This document shows positions 35,092 to 44,195 of a stretch of 64,000 nt of DNA, piece after piece. The stretch covers positions 16,230 to 80,229 of the forward strand of contig JBGPFC010000012.1 in NCBI GenBank assembly GCA_041483195.1, given 5' to 3'. The stretch comes from Candidatus Eiseniibacteriota bacterium. GTDB lineage: Bacteria; Eisenbacteria; RBG-16-71-46. The position numbers and the translations under genes are program-made. The first letter of the stretch is position 1. The number at the start of each line of letters is the position of its first letter. The notes under the pieces were generated by a model. It was given only the letters and a program-made list of their open reading frames with translations. It was not told the origin of the DNA and did no database searches.

Positions 35092-36570
35092 CTAGTCCTC
35101 TTCGAAGATCAGCTCGTGTTTCTCCCAGTCGATGGTGACGCGGTAGGCGCGGAAGAATTCGCTCGCGAGCACGGCGTCGCGGCGCACGCCGTGGCGCCAC
35201 AGCTCACCGGCGTCGAGCGCGCCCGATCCACCGCGCACGCCCGAGTCCGCAATCGGGCCCACGGCGATGCTCGGCACGCCGCACTCGACCCACGACTGGC
35301 CGGCCAGCACCGATCCCGCGCCGCGCATCACTTTGGCGATGCCGCCGGGCTTGACGCCGATCTCGTTAAACACAACCTGCGGCGCGCCCACCGCGCATCC
35401 CGGCAAACCGTTCTGCACCACCATCGCCATGCGGCGACGGCCGGCGCCGAGCAAGCCCCACACCGTCATTTCGCTCTCGCCCCAGATCTCGAACCGAACG
35501 CGCGACGCGCCGTCGGGGGGTATGAGCGCGTGACCTAGGCGGTGCAGCTCGATCCGCCCGTGCTTGAAGTCGATCGTTGGCGTGAAATGGCGGAGCAGAT
35601 TGAACCCGATCACTCCGGCGACCTGCTCGGACTGCGGATTGACCACGATGCTATAGCGGCGCATAGCGATCGCGGCCGCGGGGATCCTCTCGATGCGGAG
35701 CCCGCCGATCTCGAGGCGCTGCACCAGCGCGGCGCGCGCCGCGACGCGTGAGCCGTTCCAGAACACGAGCGAACGGCCGCCCATGAACTGCACGTTGCAG
35801 CGCCGCGCAACGCTCTGGTCCACAAGTAGGTCGGAGGCGCCGAAATCCACCGCGAACAACAGGGTCTGGCCGTTGAGCTTGACGCGCACCAGCGGCACTG
35901 GAAGCACTCGCGACATCAGCAACTTCACCTCGTCGGGTCCGGTGATCGAGTAGGCGCCGCCCTGATCGAGGCGCTCGAACAACGGTGCGCGCCCCGGCTG
36001 GTCGGCGTCGGTCGCGATCGCGGCCGCCGCCTTCCACTCTCCGCGCCGCACATACACCGCGAGCAAGTCGGCGAGGATCGCGGGATCGCCGTGCGCTGAC
36101 GCCGCGAGCAGGCTCTCGGCCTCCGCGGTGCGGTCGTGGAAGAGCGCGAGCTTGCCGAGCCCGGCCCGCGCCGCGTCGTCGCTGGGAGCGAGCGTCAGCA
36201 CGCGGCGGAGAACGGTCTCGGCGTCCGCTTCGCGGCCGAGGCGCAGCAGCGCGATTCCGAGCGAGTCGAGCCGCGCGGCATCATCAAGGTGTCCCACCGT
36301 GTCCCGCAGCGCGACCTGCAGCGCGAACTGCGCGTCGCGGAGTGACCCGTCGGGCTGTAGCCAATTGTCGCGCGCGGGGACGATGCGGAGCGAGTCGCGC
36401 TGCACGGCATCAGCGCGTTGCCCCACCGTGTCGGTCAGCGCTGCCTGCGCGTCGCGGTGCGACTCGTCGGCGCGCGCGCGCGCGGCACCGAGGCCAACCG
36501 TCACGACACATGCGGCGAGCACGACGAGGGTGGCTCTCACGCGCCCCGAAACCTTCGTGAGCCCGCCCAC
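35092..36570 (-). CDS. TPR-repeat protein fused to a retropepsin-like (clan AA) aspartic protease domain
   Basis: Signal/TM, TPR-like repeats (LGIALLRLGREADAETVLRRVL...), then a protease domain with LLFAVDFGASDLLV (D-[ST]-G-A-like). Confidence 0.5.
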   Translation of the reverse strand: MGGLTKVSGRVRATLVVLAACVVTVGLGAARARADESHRDAQAALTDTVGQRADAVQRDSLRIVPARDNWLQPDGSLRDAQFALQVALRDTVGHLDDAARLDSLGIALLRLGREADAETVLRRVLTLAPSDDAARAGLGKLALFHDRTAEAESLLAASAHGDPAILADLLAVYVRRGEWKAAAAIATDADQPGRAPLFERLDQGGAYSITGPDEVKLLMSRVLPVPLVRVKLNGQTLLFAVDFGASDLLVDQSVARRCNVQFMGGRSLVFWNGSRVAARAALVQRLEIGGLRIERIPAAAIAMRRYSIVVNPQSEQVAGVIGFNLLRHFTPTIDFKHGRIELHRLGHALIPPDGASRVRFEIWGESEMTVWGLLGAGRRRMAMVVQNGLPGCAVGAPQVVFNEIGVKPGGIAKVMRGAGSVLAGQSWVECGVPSIAVGPIADSGVRGGSGALDAGELWRHGVRRDAVLASEFFRAYRVTIDWEKHELIFEED

Positions 36571-36571
36571 C

Positions 36572-37750
36572 TCACGCCTCGAGGAACTTCTGCGCGGTGC
36601 GCAGCAGCACCTCGGCGCCGACTTCGAGGCAGGTCTCGTCCACGTCGAATCGCGGGTGGTGGTGATCCCAGGTGAGCCCCTTCGAGGCGTTGCGCGAGCC
36701 GACCGCGATGAAGCAGCCGGGCACCTCGCTCAGGAACCACGAGAAATCCTCGCCGCCCATGGTGCGGACGTCGTCCAGCACGTTCTCGGCGCCGACGATC
36801 TCGGCCGCCGCCGCTCGCGCGATCTTCGCCATCGCCGGGTCGTTCACGGTCGGTCGGTTGCAGCGCTCGAACTGGATCTCGACGCGGCAGCCGAGTGCCT
36901 CGCACACCCCGCGCACGATGCGCTCGAAGCGCGCGGGCAGCTCCTCCCACACCCCGGGATCGAACACGCGCACCGTGCCGTTCATGGTCGCGGTGCCCGG
37001 GATGATGTTGAACGCCGTGCCGGCGTGGATCTGCGTCACGCTCACCACGACCTCTTTAAACGGGCTCACGCCGCGGCTCGCGATGGTCTGGAGCGCGGTC
37101 ACGATGTGCGCGACGCACACCACCGGGTCGATGCCCATCTCCGGCATCGCGGCGTGCGCGCCCTTGCCGGTGACCGTCACGGTGAACGAGTCCACCGCCG
37201 CCATGAAGGGCCCGGGCGTGACGCCGATCTTGCCAAGGTCGAGGTCCTGCCACACGTGGAGCCCGAACGCCGCGTCGGGCTTCGGCGCGGCCAGCGCGCC
37301 GTCGGCGATCATCGCGCGCGCGCCGTCGCCCTGCTCTTCGGCGGGCTGGAAGCAGAGCCGCACGTTGCCGCGCAGCGAACTGCGGTCGCGCGTGAGCCTT
37401 TTCGCGAGGCCGAGCAGGATCGAGGTGTGGCAGTCGTGTCCGCACGCGTGCATCTTGCCAGGCGTCTGCGAGCGATAGGGGACGGCGTTCTCTTCGACGA
37501 TCGGGAGCGCGTCCATGTCGGCGCGCAGCAGCACGGTCTTGCCGGGGCGGCCGCCCGCGATGGTCGCGAGCACGCCGGTCCTGCCGACGCCGGTGCGCGG
37601 CTCGAGCCCGAGCGCGCGCAGGCGCTCGGCGACGATGCCCGAGGTGCGCACTTCTTCGAACGCCAGCTCGGGATGGGCGTGCAGATCACGGCGCACGGCG
37701 ATCAGCTCCTCGATGTCGGCCGCGCTGAAGGTTTCCGGTGCGGGTTTCAT
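36572..37750 (-). CDS. M20D-family amidohydrolase (N-acyl-L-amino-acid / hippurate hydrolase-like)
   Basis: Metal-binding signature MHACGHD, the dimerisation-domain insert and GGEDFSWF. Confidence 0.75.
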   Translation of the reverse strand: MKPAPETFSAADIEELIAVRRDLHAHPELAFEEVRTSGIVAERLRALGLEPRTGVGRTGVLATIAGGRPGKTVLLRADMDALPIVEENAVPYRSQTPGKMHACGHDCHTSILLGLAKRLTRDRSSLRGNVRLCFQPAEEQGDGARAMIADGALAAPKPDAAFGLHVWQDLDLGKIGVTPGPFMAAVDSFTVTVTGKGAHAAMPEMGIDPVVCVAHIVTALQTIASRGVSPFKEVVVSVTQIHAGTAFNIIPGTATMNGTVRVFDPGVWEELPARFERIVRGVCEALGCRVEIQFERCNRPTVNDPAMAKIARAAAAEIVGAENVLDDVRTMGGEDFSWFLSEVPGCFIAVGSRNASKGLTWDHHHPRFDVDETCLEVGAEVLLRTAQKFLEA

Positions 37751-37787
37751 TGACGCTCCCCGTGAAAAGACGAAGCGATGACGAACG

Positions 37788-38645
37788 TCATCGCCGGCCC
37801 GAGACCACCCAGCTGAAGCTCGGGCATCGTATCACGCCCCCATCGCGGAAGCGCCGGGTGCGCCGCGCGAGCCGATCGCGCAGGGCGCGCTGCTGGGCGC
37901 GGGAGAGGCGGGCGTGGAGCGCGCCGAACGGGCCGGTGCCGTCGATCGCCATCTCGAAGCGCTCGTCCTCGTGGTGGAACATGAACTCGGTTCGAACGCC
38001 CTCCGCGCGCACCCCGCGAAATCCCGCGCGGCGCAGCATGCGCGCGAGCAGCCCCTCGCGCCCGAGGCGCAGCGGATGCGGCGTGCTCTCGGGATCGGGC
38101 GGCGGCTCGCGAAGGAACGGGAGCGCCGCCTCGATCCGCCCGCTGAAGTAGGGATTGCGCTCGACCGGCCCCCACACCGCGAGCGCGATGCGACCGCCGG
38201 GCTTGAGCGCCGCGCGCAGGCGCGCGAGCGCGGCGGGGATGTCCTCGACGAACATGATGCCGTAGCGCGACACGACGCGGTCCACGCGCGGGCCGGTCCA
38301 GCGGAACGATGCGAGGTCGCCGCGCCGGAAGCGCGCGTTGCGGATGCCGCGCACCGCGGCCCGCCGGCGCGCGATCGCGAGCATCGGGCCGGCCACGTCG
38401 ATCCCGATCACTGCGCCGCGCGGGCCGACGGTCTGTGCGATCGCGAGCGCCGGATCGCCCGACCCGCAGCCCACGTCGAGCACGCGCTGTCCCGGCGCGA
38501 TCGCGAGCGCGCGGAACAGGGCCGGATCCACCGAGGCCAGCGCGTGCAGGTGCTGGTTCTCCCAGCGCTCCCACGACCGGGCGAACACGTTCCAGTCCTC
38601 GCGCACGCGGCGGCGCCAGCTCGCGCCCCGAAGCGCCTTCGCCAT
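37788..38645 (-). CDS. Class I SAM-dependent methyltransferase
   Basis: C-terminal 285 aa of the fused track ORF 37788..40049, starting at MAKALRG. Motif I VLDVGCGSGDPA and motif post-I IGIDVAGPML. Confidence 0.65.
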   Translation of the reverse strand: MAKALRGASWRRRVREDWNVFARSWERWENQHLHALASVDPALFRALAIAPGQRVLDVGCGSGDPALAIAQTVGPRGAVIGIDVAGPMLAIARRRAAVRGIRNARFRRGDLASFRWTGPRVDRVVSRYGIMFVEDIPAALARLRAALKPGGRIALAVWGPVERNPYFSGRIEAALPFLREPPPDPESTPHPLRLGREGLLARMLRRAGFRGVRAEGVRTEFMFHHEDERFEMAIDGTGPFGALHARLSRAQQRALRDRLARRTRRFRDGGVIRCPSFSWVVSGRR

Positions 38646-38713
38646 GGCCGCTCCTCCCAAGAATGCGAAGACGCGGGCCGGCGTGCTGCCGGCCCGCGTC
38701 TCGCAGAGCTGCG

Positions 38714-40288
38714 CTACCTCTTGGTCGTGTCTGGCACCGCGGGAACCGCGGGTGCCGGCTTCGGAGTCGAGTCGTTCGGCGCCGTGACCGGCGGCGTCTC
38801 GTTCTTCTGCAGCAGGCGACGTCGCTCGCTCTCGCGCTTCAACACGTCCTTGTTGATGACCACGAACTCCACGCGGCGATTCTTCGCCATGTTGAGGGCG
38901 TTCGTGTTCGGGGCGATCGGCTTCGACAGGCCGTAGCCCTTGGCCGTGAACTGGTCGGGGCGCAGGCTCGGGAACTTCCGCACGATGTAGGCGAGCACCG
39001 TATCCGCACGCGCCTCGCTGAGCTTCTGGTTCTTCACGGCCAACCCGCGCGAGTCGGTGTGTCCGCCGATCTCCATCTTGAGTTCCGGCCACTTGGCGAG
39101 CACCTGGCCCACGATGTCGAGAGTCGGATAAGACTCCGGCGCGAGGTCCGCCTTGCCGGTCTCGAAGTTCACGTTCTGGACCCGGATCATCCCGGTGTCG
39201 AGCATCTCGGTCTCGCGCTCGACCACTTCGATCGGGCAGCCGTTCGCGTCGACCTTGGCGCCGGCCGGCGTGTTCGCGCAGCGGTCGAGCCCGTCGCACA
39301 CGCCGTCGCCGTCGGTGTCGATCGGGCAGCCCACCGAGTCCACGTTGCAGCCGGCCTGCGTGCCCGGGCACTTGTCGAGCCCATCCAGCACCCCGTCGCC
39401 GTCGCTGTCCTTCGGGCAGCCGTTCGCATCCACCGTCGCGCCCTTCGGCGTGTTGGCGCAGCGATCGATCCCGTCGAAGACGCCGTCGCCGTCCTGATCG
39501 CTCGGGCAGCCCTTCGCATCCACCGTCGCGCCCTTCGGGGTGCCGGGGCACGCGTCGAGTCCGTCGAAGACGCCGTCGCCGTCGCTGTCGATCGGGCAGC
39601 CGGTCGCGTCCACCTTCGCGCCGTGCGGCGTGTCGGGGCACTTGTCCTTGCGATCGGTCACGCCGTCGCCGTCGGTGTCGCGCGGCCGCCCGCCGATCGC
39701 GAACGTGAGCCCGCCGCCCAGCAGCACGTACTGCCGCTTGGGCTGGCTCGAATCGTGCCGCATCCAGATCATGTTGCGCGCCTCGAGGCGCAGGCCGACC
39801 GCGTCGGTGAGCCACAGCCGCACGCCGCCGCCGAAGTCGAGGATGCCCTGCTTGATCTGGTCCTGCTTGGTGTCCTGGCCCTTGAACCAGCCGAACCCGA
39901 ACCCGCCGAACACGAACGGTCCGCCGTAACGCGTGGACCATGGCGAGAGCACGAGGTCGCCGTTGTAGTGCGAGAAATCGACGTTGCTGCCCTTCACGGT
40001 ATCCACCGATGAGGGCACGAAGCCGCCCGCGCCCTCGATGCCGAGCCACGAATTGTGCTGGTAGCCCAGGCGTCCGCCCGCGTAGAGCGCGTCGGTGAGC
40101 GGCGTCTTGCCGGGGTAGGATCCGTCCTTCGTGAACTTGAGATCGCCGTCGAAGAGCGTGAACCCGCCGAACGACGTGACGGTGAAATGATGGCCGAGCG
40201 GCTCCGCCTGCGCGTCGCGCGCCGTGATCGGCGCGGCGAACGCGAGCGGAGCGAGCGCGAGCACGGCGAACGTCGTACGCAAGCGCAT
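38714..40288 (-). CDS. OmpA-family outer-membrane protein with thrombospondin type-3 (TSP3) calcium-binding repeats
   Basis: Signal peptide MRLRTTFAVLALAPLAFA, an N-terminal beta-barrel, six or more D-x-D-G-D-G-V-x-D-x-x-D-x-C-P repeats, and a C-terminal OmpA domain (NVNFETGKADL...GHTDSRG...NRRVEFVV). Confidence 0.75.
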   Translation of the reverse strand: MRLRTTFAVLALAPLAFAAPITARDAQAEPLGHHFTVTSFGGFTLFDGDLKFTKDGSYPGKTPLTDALYAGGRLGYQHNSWLGIEGAGGFVPSSVDTVKGSNVDFSHYNGDLVLSPWSTRYGGPFVFGGFGFGWFKGQDTKQDQIKQGILDFGGGVRLWLTDAVGLRLEARNMIWMRHDSSQPKRQYVLLGGGLTFAIGGRPRDTDGDGVTDRKDKCPDTPHGAKVDATGCPIDSDGDGVFDGLDACPGTPKGATVDAKGCPSDQDGDGVFDGIDRCANTPKGATVDANGCPKDSDGDGVLDGLDKCPGTQAGCNVDSVGCPIDTDGDGVCDGLDRCANTPAGAKVDANGCPIEVVERETEMLDTGMIRVQNVNFETGKADLAPESYPTLDIVGQVLAKWPELKMEIGGHTDSRGLAVKNQKLSEARADTVLAYIVRKFPSLRPDQFTAKGYGLSKPIAPNTNALNMAKNRRVEFVVINKDVLKRESERRRLLQKNETPPVTAPNDSTPKPAPAVPAVPDTTKR

Positions 40289-40497
40289 GATCACCTCCGT
40301 GGTTGTCGCAAGTTCCCGGCGATCCGACGGGGCAGGACCGGGATCATCCCTGACAGGTCGCGCGGGACGATAGCGGCGGGGTGGGCGGCGCGCAAGCGAA
40401 GGGGCGAACGGCGGGCCCGCGAGACCGGATTGACGGGCGAGGGGAGAGGGGGCACGTTGAGGGGTCACCGAGTCGATCGAAACCGGGGGCAGACTAG

Positions 40498-40608
40498 ATG
40501 ACCGCCAGAGCGTCCACCATCGCCAAGCTGATCGCTGCGTGCCTGCTGTGCATCGTCGTGATTGCCGGCCTCGTCCTGCTCGTGCGACATTTTCGGATGT
40601 CCTGACGC
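40498..40608 (+). CDS. Putative 36-aa single-TM micro-protein (MTARASTIAKLIAACLLCIVVIAGLVLLVRHFRMS)
   Basis: Found by hand; it is below the ORF-track size cutoff. It is preceded by a G-rich Shine-Dalgarno-like stretch and lies just upstream of the DUF2892 gene. Coordinates are approximate. Confidence 0.2.
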
Positions 40609-40638
40609 GCCAGAAGTCCCTTGAACCGGAGGGGTTCG

Positions 40639-40863
40639 ATGATCAAGAACATGGGCACCGCCGACCGCGGCATCCGCATTCTGATTGCGCTCGCCATCGC
40701 GTTCCTTTACTTCACCCACAGGATCGGCGGCACCCTCGCCATCGTGCTCGGGATCTTCGCGGTTGTATTCATCGTCACGAGCCTCGCGGGTTGGTGTCCG
40801 GCCTATCTTCCGCTCGGGCTCTCGACTCGCAAGCCGCCCGCGGGCCCCTCGCCGGCCGCCTGA
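40639..40863 (+). CDS. DUF2892 (YgaP-like) small inner-membrane protein
   Basis: MIKNMGTADRGIRILIALAIAFLYFT...IVLGIFAVVFIVTSLAGWCPAY is the DUF2892 signature with a conserved Cys. It lies within track ORF 40621..40863. Confidence 0.55.
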   Translation: MIKNMGTADRGIRILIALAIAFLYFTHRIGGTLAIVLGIFAVVFIVTSLAGWCPAYLPLGLSTRKPPAGPSPAA

Positions 40864-40877
40864 GGAGCGCGCGAAGC

Positions 40878-41327
40878 ATGCGACGCCTCCTCGCGCTCTG
40901 CGCACTCCTGCTGGCGACGAGCGCCGCGGCGGGCGGTGCTCCGACGGTCGCCGAGTCGACGAGCGTCGCGGCGGCCCGGCGGATCCCCGTCTTCCGCCTC
41001 GACCCGTCGCTCCCGCGCATCCGGCTGGACGCATGGCTGCGTCAATTGCTCGGTCCGCGGATCGAGGTTTCGTGGGAGGCGAACGATTGCGGCGAGGGAT
41101 CTGGATCCCCTGCGGACTCGAGCCGCGATCTCCCGACATGCGTGGAAGCGTCCGCCCGACTGGGAGGTGGAGCGCAGATGTATTTGTCCGTGACGGTCGG
41201 CTCGGTGGCGACGGGGGTACACGGCGCCCCGGCCCTGTGGGACGCGGTGATCGTGCGCGGAGACAGCAGCGAGTCGTTCAGATCCCTGGCCAGGTTCGGG
41301 CGCGCCGTCAGGGCGGGCCGCCGTTAG
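40878..41327 (+). CDS. Secreted hypothetical protein
   Basis: M at residue 114 of track ORF 40539..41327. Signal peptide MRRLLALCALLLATSAAAGGAP. Confidence 0.35.
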   Translation: MRRLLALCALLLATSAAAGGAPTVAESTSVAAARRIPVFRLDPSLPRIRLDAWLRQLLGPRIEVSWEANDCGEGSGSPADSSRDLPTCVEASARLGGGAQMYLSVTVGSVATGVHGAPALWDAVIVRGDSSESFRSLARFGRAVRAGRR

Positions 41328-41419
41328 GCCCGGGGCGCGAACATAAGAACGACTCGAGAAGCCGCGGGCCGTCGTGCCGCGAGCTCCGTACCGCGCGGCC
41401 GTGCGCGCCGGTCGCGGAG

Positions 41420-41593
41420 ATCATCCTTCAGGCCGCGGAGGACCCGTCACCCAAACTTCGATATCCGGTCAAGGGAGCGCTGATGCTAGCGCTGAGCAGG
41501 CTGCTCCCGGATGCGATCTGGCGCTCGCTGCTCGGCGAAGGAATGAGGCGTCGTCCGAAGCGTTCGGTGGGCCGGGGCGGATCGTCGGCCTAA
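41420..41593 (+). pseudogene. Possible remnant of a short-chain dehydrogenase/reductase C-terminus
   Basis: The tail of track ORF 40685..41593 (VAEIILQAAEDPSPKLRYPVKGALMLALSRLLPDAIWRSLLGEGMRR) resembles the C-terminal segment of classical SDRs. No Rossmann or catalytic region precedes it. Confidence 0.2.
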
Positions 41594-41852
41594 GTCCTGC
41601 GCGTCGCGCACGGTGATCCGCGTGACGAACGCCAGCGGCGCACAAGTGATTCCGCGAATGTCGGTGCGTAGCAGCCACGGACAGAAATGCGGGCCGGCGC
41701 CCAAGCTCGGCGCCGGCCCGCGTGATCCTGCAGAATCATCAGGGCGTCAACGCCATCTGCTTGCGGTCACGCAGCAGAAATCACCGCGCGACAGGCGTGC
41801 TCGCCGTCGCTACACTTGGAGGGTGACTTCCGCCGGGGTCGCCCCCCGGTAT

Positions 41853-41868
41853 GTCAATAATTATTGTG
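41853..41868 (+). promoter_or_regulatory. Isolated AT-rich patch (GTCAATAATTATTGTG) about 60-75 bp upstream of the repeat-protein start
   Basis: It is conspicuous in otherwise high-GC DNA and contains a palindromic AATAATTATT core. It is a candidate -10/operator. Confidence 0.25.
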
Positions 41869-41927
41869 CACCCGGACCCTCCGGAGCATTGGCTCTGACC
41901 CAGGCACCCCGCGGCTCCACACAGGCC

Positions 41928-43964
41928 ATGCACCGACCCGCCCACAGGATCGCTAAGTCCGCCCTCGGCGCGCTGCTTGCCGTCGGCCTGCTCTTCCCGC
42001 CTGCGGCACACGCCCAGGAACAGTGGGGCTACAACGGGATGGAAGTGTGCGTCCGGCCGCTGTGCGCGGGGTTCAGCCCGCTCATCTGCCAGGACGGATT
42101 CGGTGGCGCGCTCATCGTGTGGGAGCGCAATCCGGGGCTGGTCAACCAGGACCTCTACGTGCAGCGGGTGCTGGCGAACGGAGTGATCGCTCCCGGATGG
42201 CCCGGGCGCGGCGTGCTCGCGGTGGGTGAATCTCACGACCAGTACTCGGAGGCCATCGTGCCCGATAGTGCGGGCGGTGCGTTCGTCGCGTGGGTGGACT
42301 ACCGCAGCTGGACCGCGAACGGTCTCGATATCTACGCGCAACATGTCCGCGGTGATGGCTCGCTCGCCCCGGGCTGGCCAACGAACGGATTGCCGGTGGG
42401 GGCAGCACCGGGCGATCAGGATTGGGCGCGCATGCTGGCCGATGGCGCGGGCGGCGTGTTCATCGTGTGGGAAGACGCGCGCTCCGGGTTCAACAACACC
42501 GACGCTTACGCGCAGCACCTGAACGGCGACGGAACCCGGGTCGCGGGCTGGCCGGAGGGCGGGCTCGCGGTGTGTACGGCGCCATTCGCCTCCTACGGGC
42601 CCCATCTCTGCGCGGATGGCCAGGGGGGATGCTTCATCGGGTGGTCGGACGGGCGCGACGTTTACGGAGGAGAAATCTACGCTCAGCGGGTCGGCTGGTC
42701 GGGGGATCTGGCGACGGGTTGGCCGGTGAACGGTCGACGGATCTTTTCGGGAGGTAGCGTCTACACCGCGCGCGGCGTGTGGGGCGTAGTCCCCGATGGC
42801 GGCGGAGGCGCCTACATCGGCTGGGGATCGAGCCACGGCGCGACGGCCTACGACGACGACGTGTATGCGATCCGGATTCTCGCCGATGGATCGATCGCAC
42901 CCGGGTGGCCCGCGAGTGGATTCCCCGTGGCGACATTCCCCGGCCAACAATTGCTCAACAGCGTCGCGGCCGACAGCACCGGCGGCGTTCTGCTCGGATG
43001 GTACAGCGGCATCGAACAGCCCAATACTGCGTACGTGCAGCGGCTGCGGCCCGATGGCACCGTTACGCCCGGCTGGCCGGCCGCGAGCGTGCACGCCGGA
43101 GATGTCGTGGGTTTCCAGGGCGCGGTCTCGGTGGTGCCGGATGGGCTGGGTGGCACGTACGTGGCTTACTACTCCTCGGGAGGTAGCGGCTCGCACGACT
43201 TCATCCAGCACATCACGGCAACCGGTGCTCTCGCGCCGGGCTGGCCGACCGCGGCGATCCCGCTGGTGAGTCCCTGGACATCATCGGCCTACCAGCAGGA
43301 TGCGTACTTCGGCGTTACCGCGGACGGAAGCGGCGGCGCGATCGTCGCGTGGAACGACACGCGCAACGGGATCTCGAACGAAATCTTCGCGCAGAAATAC
43401 AGCGGGAGCGGTCCCACCGCGACGCTGGTCTCGCTCACCAGCGTCGAAGCGCTGCCCGATCGTGTCATCCTTGCGTGGCATCTCAGCGATGGCGAGACGC
43501 CCGACGCCGCGATCTATCGGCGAACCGAAGAGGACGCGTGGTCCGCACTGGGACGCGCCGCGTTCGATGGCACCGGTCGCCTACAGTTTGAAGACCGCAC
43601 CGTCGAAGCGGGAGAGCGGTATTCGTATCGGCTGGGCTGGCTCGAGTCCGGCACCGAGCAGTTCAGCGCCGAGACCTGGGTCGAGGTGCCCGCCGCGCTC
43701 GCGCTCACGCTCGAGGGCGCGCTCCCGAATCCCGCGGTGGGTGCGCTCAACGTCGCGTTCACACTCCCGCGATCCGGGCGCGCTTCGCTCGAGCTGCTCG
43801 ATATCGCGGGCCGTCAGCTCGCCGAGCGTGAGGTGGGCGACCTCGGCGCGGGGCGGCACCTCGTTCGCCTGAATGAATCACGCCGAACGCCGCCCGGCGT
43901 CTACTGGCTCAAGCTCACTCAGTCGGAGCGCACGCTGGTCAAGCGCGCGGTCGTGATCCAGTAG
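41928..43964 (+). CDS. Secreted tandem-repeat protein (about seven 55-60-aa 'YAQ...APGWP...DG.GG...W.D.R' repeats) with a T9SS / FlgD-Ig-like C-terminal domain
   Basis: M at residue 106 of track ORF 41613..43964, with signal peptide ALGALLAVGLLFPPAAHAQ. Repeats include DIYAQHVRGDGSLAPGWPTNG..., DAYAQHLNGDGTRVAGWPEGG... and VYAIRILADGSIAPGWPASG.... The CTD is PNPAVGALNVAFTLPRSGRASLELLDIAGRQL...GVYWLKL. Confidence 0.6.
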   Translation: MHRPAHRIAKSALGALLAVGLLFPPAAHAQEQWGYNGMEVCVRPLCAGFSPLICQDGFGGALIVWERNPGLVNQDLYVQRVLANGVIAPGWPGRGVLAVGESHDQYSEAIVPDSAGGAFVAWVDYRSWTANGLDIYAQHVRGDGSLAPGWPTNGLPVGAAPGDQDWARMLADGAGGVFIVWEDARSGFNNTDAYAQHLNGDGTRVAGWPEGGLAVCTAPFASYGPHLCADGQGGCFIGWSDGRDVYGGEIYAQRVGWSGDLATGWPVNGRRIFSGGSVYTARGVWGVVPDGGGGAYIGWGSSHGATAYDDDVYAIRILADGSIAPGWPASGFPVATFPGQQLLNSVAADSTGGVLLGWYSGIEQPNTAYVQRLRPDGTVTPGWPAASVHAGDVVGFQGAVSVVPDGLGGTYVAYYSSGGSGSHDFIQHITATGALAPGWPTAAIPLVSPWTSSAYQQDAYFGVTADGSGGAIVAWNDTRNGISNEIFAQKYSGSGPTATLVSLTSVEALPDRVILAWHLSDGETPDAAIYRRTEEDAWSALGRAAFDGTGRLQFEDRTVEAGERYSYRLGWLESGTEQFSAETWVEVPAALALTLEGALPNPAVGALNVAFTLPRSGRASLELLDIAGRQLAEREVGDLGAGRHLVRLNESRRTPPGVYWLKLTQSERTLVKRAVVIQ

Positions 43965-44195
43965 CGACTGACGCCCGAACGTTCGTCCGGGGGGCCGGAA
44001 AGTGTCGAATTCCCGACGCGATCGTCCATCCCGCGACGCGCGTCGCAGGCCTGGGCCGCGTGGCGCCGCGGCGATCCGCGCGCTCCTCCGCGGCCCGTCG
44101 CGTGCTAGTGCCCACCGCGGTGCTGTCACGTCCGCGGCGGTCAGACTCGGGACCGGGATGGGTGGTGGTGTGGCGCAGGGGCCCCCGGGTCCCCG

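Noticed and set aside
37788-40049. 753-aa minus ORF and the 38309..40012 plus-strand 567-aa ORF over the OmpA-TSP3 gene
   Set aside because: Only the 3' 858 nt (the SAM methyltransferase) is real in that frame. The rest overlaps OmpA in another frame.
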